This document shows positions 59,666-64,000 of a stretch of 64,000 bases of DNA, piece after piece (the first letter of the stretch is position 1; the number at the start of each line of letters is the position of its first letter). The stretch is taken from positions 758,423,738 through 758,487,737 of the forward strand of contig NC_058130.1 of assembly GCF_016433145.1 (NCBI RefSeq), given 5' to 3'. The DNA comes from Gracilinanus agilis. Taxonomy: Eukaryota. The notes under the pieces are model-generated. The model saw only the letters and a list, made by a program, of their open reading frames with translations, did not search any database and was not told where the DNA came from. A program made the translations under genes and the position numbers.

Positions 59666-60589
59666 AAAAAATCATTTTGGCCACATGGATTGGAGTGGGG
59701 AGAGACATGGCTCAGGAAGACCAAAGAGGAAACAGTTGCCATAACTTAGGCAAGAAACTGTGGGAGCCCAGACAAAGGAAGGAGTTTGTGATGTCAAAAT
59801 GACAAGATCTGGCAGTGGGTTCAATGCCAGCACGTAGCAGGGTCACTCAATAAGTATTTACTGAATTGATGCAAGTGAGGAACAGAGGACAGAGAGCTTG
59901 AACCCTTTGGTGCCTGGGAGGACCATGGTGGTGCCCTCCACACCCTTGAATGTTCAGACATTGGCGTGGCTGGGGAGGGAAGATCACAAGTTCTGTTTTA
60001 GCCTCATTGCTTCAGGACGCCTAGCTCACATCCAGCCAGAGACGTCCAGAAGATAGCTGGTGCTTGGGAGAAAGGCCAGAGTGGGTAAGAGCAAGGTGGC
60101 CGCAGGGGAGGCTCCAAAGCCCAGAAAGAGTTTGAGTGCTGTCGGCCGGCCCAGACTAGCATTGTACACTTCTTGGGTTCCTGGAGGTGTTACGTACCAT
60201 TACTGCAGGAGCTCCATAGTCAAGTCAACAAAAATGTATTTAATATCAGCTGTGTGCCAGGACGCCAAGCTCCCCTAGTGTTTGAGGGGCCCAGAGGGAC
60301 CTATTGATAACCCTCCCTGTCATGGCCGATGATTGCTTGTCCTGGGTTTGCTTGTGGGTCCGTTAAATGGAGGGGGAGGGTCTTTCCATTCCTTCAGCTC
60401 ATAACTGGCTGGCCAGTGGCTCTGTGCTGGTGGACAGGGAGCCCAGTAGGCCCTGAGCACAGGCCCTGGCCTGATCTGCTTTGAAGGTCTCCAGGATTCT
60501 ACATGCTGCTGCTATCTAATCATCTGCTAGCCAGACAGAACTTCCTTTCTCTATTTTAAACAGGATGGTTGTAAGAGGGGAAGTTTTCA

Positions 60590-60614
60590 TGTGTGTGTGT
60601 GTGTGTGTGTGTGT
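60590..60614. repeat. (TG)12 microsatellite
   Basis: Direct reading. Confidence 0.95.
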
Positions 60615-61589
60615 CCAGAAGACCAGTTTTCCCTAATTTCTTTTTGATTTTATTGCCTGCTCAGATCTGGCTAATTGGCCCCACTTGGCCTTGAGCAGTT
60701 AGGGAAAAGCGAAAGATTCATAATCCCTTTTTCTTTGGGAGGCTCCATCTGCTCCCATATTCTCCATTAGTTGTAATGTGCTGAGCAGCCTGGCCATAAA
60801 GAATATTTCTCTGGAGCTTCCAGAGCCAGCCCAGGCCTCAGTAGCCCTCCAGGTAGGCACTTTCCCTACCTAGCAGGCAGAAAGGCAGGAGGCCCGACTC
60901 CAGCAGACCAGCCTGCCTCAGAGCCTCTTTTCTTTTTTCTGATGGAGTGTATTTGCTCTCACTAGGCCAGAAGACTTAGTTTCTTTTGGGGCTTTGGCTT
61001 TGCATCCACCGGATTAGTTGGGAGCACTCCCTGCCCTTGCTGGGGATGGGTGGACCCTCCCAGGGTCATGGGTATCCCTTGTCAGGGCCAGTAGAGTTGA
61101 GACCCAAGTTAGCCCCATAGAGGAGCTTCCTGAACCAGGAGTCCTGACTCACTTAGGCCTTGAAAGTCGCTGATTAGGATATTTGTCAGTAACATTCAGG
61201 AAAAGTTCCCCAAAGCATAGCGTTTCCCCCCAGAAACTAGAACTGCTGTGAAAAATCTGTGCTGTGAGATAGACCCTAGAACTGTGAGTAATCCTTGGTT
61301 CTGTTCCCACCTCCCTGGAGCTTGCCCTTCTCTACAGATGACAGCAGTGAGGCCTTTGGTGCTGGGAAATGATTTGCCCCAGCTGCAGCTGAATTTTGCC
61401 CTACCTTTTGCTGAGTAGACAGACCCGAGCTTCCCTGAGGACTGATGGAACCCTCCTGTCCCTGAGCCAGAGATGGCAGGGATCTTTGTGCCCGTAGGCT
61501 CATCTCTACCTTGCAGAGGGGCTAGCTGTGCTGGAGATGATCTACTACATGTGTCAGCAGCAGGCACAGCCCGTGGGATCCCAGTCCAG

Positions 61590-61860
61590 TCATGTTGGGC
61601 TTTAGTAACTTGAGTGGGATAGAGCACTGGGCCTAGAGTTGGAAAACCTCAGAACAGATCCAGCCTCAAGATACTTCCTAGCTATGTGACCCTGGGAGAG
61701 TCACTTTCCCTCTATCTGCCTTGACCTCCTTATCTGTGAAATAGGGACAATGATAGCACCTACGTCTCGTGTCTCTTGTGAAGATCAAATGAGATCATAT
61801 TTGTAAAGTGCTTAGCACAGTGCCTGGCACATGGTAAGTGCTGCAAAAGTGCTTGTTTCC
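61590..61860 (+). mobile_element. MIR-type core SINE
   Basis: Core plus MIR-like tail aatgagat...ttgtaaagtgcttagcacagtgcctggcacatggtaagtgct. Confidence 0.8.
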
Positions 61861-62129
61861 TTCCTTCCACGGGGCCCTCTGCAAGTTGTGGCCCATAGGG
61901 ATTATTCCTGAGGCGGATACTACATGAGTTTACCTCACCCCATGAAATAACTTTTGGGTTGTTTGATTGGCATGGCACCAAATAGGTAAATTGATTTAGG
62001 TAGAATTGTCTTTTTTATCCTATTGGCTCAACCTAACTATGGGCAATTCGTGTTCTGCCAGGTGTTTAGATCTGACTTTATTTATGTGAAAAGTGATATG
62101 TAGTTTGATCATATAGTTTCTAGCTTTGT

Positions 62130-62540
62130 CAAGAGTTTATGAACAAAAGACCTCCGTGAACTGATGCAGAGTGAAATAAGCAGAACCTGGAAAACATCTA
62201 CACAGTAACTGCAATATTGTGGAATGATCAAATGTGAGAGACTCTGCTACTCTCAGCAATACAATGACCCAGGACAATTCTGAGGGACTTATGACAAAGA
62301 ATGCTATCCCCCTCCAGAGAAAGGACTATTGGAGTCAGAATGCACATGAAAACATGATTTTTCAATGGTTTACTTGGGTATGTGTTTTGCATGATAATAC
62401 ATATATAGCCCAGATTGAATTGCTTGTCAGCTCTGGGAGAGAGGAGGGAAGAAAGGAGAGAGACAGGTTGGATCATATAACTTTGGAAATTTTATGTGGA
62501 AATTTGTTATTAAAATAAAAAATTTAAATTAAAAAAAATT
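62130..62540 (+). mobile_element. L1 3' UTR fragment
   Basis: gaactgatgcagagtgaaataagcagaacc...; similar to the pieces at 19920 and 30330; A-rich tail. Confidence 0.75.
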
Positions 62541-62826
62541 TATCAGCAATCTCAGTTGAAGGAATTGAAATTAGGTTCAGGAGGTTTGACGATTCCGTTC
62601 AATTATATAAGCATTCGTGAGTGTTTATGACATGCCAAGCACTTTGCTAGGAACCAGAGATACAAATCCACAGAGGAAAAGAAGCTCAAGAAAACAACAG
62701 GATGTGAACAGAAATAGTGAAGGAGCAGGTTTTAAGGGAAGAGGGTGAGTTCCTGAAGGCCACTGACCACACGGCCCTTCGATGAGTTCTAACTCCAGCA
62801 AGGACACATTAGTAAAAATAAGATGC

Positions 62827-63019
62827 GGGGGCAGCTGGGTAGCTCAGTGGATTGAGAGTCAGGCCTAGAGACGGGAGGTTCTGGGTTCAAATCTGGACTC
62901 AGACAATTCCCAGCTGTGTGGCCCTGGGCAAGTCACTTGACCCCCATTGCCCTCCCTTACCACTCTTCCAACTAAGAGCCAATACACAGAAGTTAAGGGT
63001 TTAAAAATAAATTTAAAAA
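62827..63019 (+). mobile_element. Young SINE1_Mdo-like element with TSD
   Basis: 13-bp TSD aaaaataagatgc at 62814-62826 and 63020-63032. Confidence 0.95.
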
Positions 63020-63552
63020 AAAAATAAGATGCTGAGAGACCCTTCTGTGCAAAGATCTGGCTTTATTGTGACAGAAAAATCACAGGCCCAAAGGTCCCCC
63101 AGTTCAAAACCTCTATCCTGACCCTTGACATTGAGAGGTTTTTAAAGGCAAAAAGAGGAGCTTACAGAGTTGGGGTGATGACTTGCAGGGATCCCTCTTG
63201 ACCTGAGTAATAGTGACTTATAGGTCACAGACAGATCAGAACATTCTGACTCGGGCTTCTTCACAAGTCATTCTGACATAGTACATCCTAACCGCTATGT
63301 GTCTCCCTATCTCTCCCCTTCCCCCCCCACCAGCCCTCTGAAGGCTCCTGTCCTCCATGATCTCTGAGAGGGCTTCTCGTCCCTGTGGCCTCACAGGAAT
63401 TAGTTTGCTATAAAGTACATTATAAAATAGATTCAGATACCTAGGATTGACAGAGTAACCCACTTCTGATTAACATGGTAACACACACTTCAAATTACTA
63501 TAACGATACACTTATTTGAAATTATAACTTGGATATTACCCTGGAACTGCAT

Positions 63553-63756
63553 TTTTTTTTTAAACCCTCACCTTCTGACTTGGAATCAATACTGGGAATT
63601 GGCTCCAAGGCAGAAGAGTGGTAAGGGTGGGCAATGGAGGTTAAGTGACTTGCCCAGGGTCACACAGCTAGGAAGAATCTGAGGCCGGATTTGAACCCAG
63701 GACCTCCCGTCTCTAGGGCTGGCTCTCAATCCACTGAGCTACCCAGCTGCCCCCTA
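63553..63756 (-). mobile_element. SINE1_Mdo-like
   Basis: Consensus match; imperfect TSD ggaactgcatt / ggaaatgcatt. Confidence 0.9.
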
Positions 63757-64000
63757 GGAAATGCATTCTTAATGTGGTTATGTACACAGATTCTTGTCTG
63801 GGACGGAATTCTTATTAGAACATCACAGTTACAATTTAAAAAATCACCCTCCATGCACTGATTAAGCTATTAGTGATTGCTTTTCTGGTTACATTTGATG
63901 GGAGAAACAGTAAGTACCTATTAGATGGAATAAATACAAGGAAGGTGGGTGCACTAGTGGGAAAGGATTTGTAGACGGTGGTGCTTGAGCAGCAGTTGGA

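Noticed and set aside
56298-64000. Search for the next TPCN1 exon (expected EGENNDKFFTHP...)
   Set aside because: No matching sequence seen in any frame; presumed beyond the window

Overview
Mammalian genomic DNA, most likely from a didelphid marsupial (opossum-like). The basis is dozens of SINE1_Mdo-type and MAR1-type SINEs plus L1, L3/CR1 and hAT MITEs, recognised from memory rather than by a database search. The window holds four genes in the conserved mammalian order: DDX54 (minus strand; coding exons 1-15, 596 codons, continuing off the left end), RITA1 (plus; 2 coding exons, 287 aa), IQCD/DRC10 (minus; 4 coding exons, 437 aa) and the start of TPCN1 (plus; first two coding exons; later exons not found in the window). 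DDX54/RITA1 and IQCD/TPCN1 are head-to-head pairs on CpG-rich promoters, and RITA1/IQCD are tail-to-tail. All called coding exons have GT-AG boundaries and consistent phases. There is one assembly gap (19533-19751). No prokaryotic system, CRISPR array or genuine structural RNA gene is supported. Best leads: a 33-codon uORF in TPCN1 exon 2; a four-fold, apparently helically phased GC-box/CCAAT module in the IQCD/TPCN1 promoter; an apparently shortened DDX54 N-terminus; a Leu-to-Phe change in the TPC1 dileucine-type sorting signal; an intronic E-box cluster; a perfect-TIR hAT MITE; and a solo-LTR-like insert. Repeat family names and human-orthologue comparisons come from recall and need checking.
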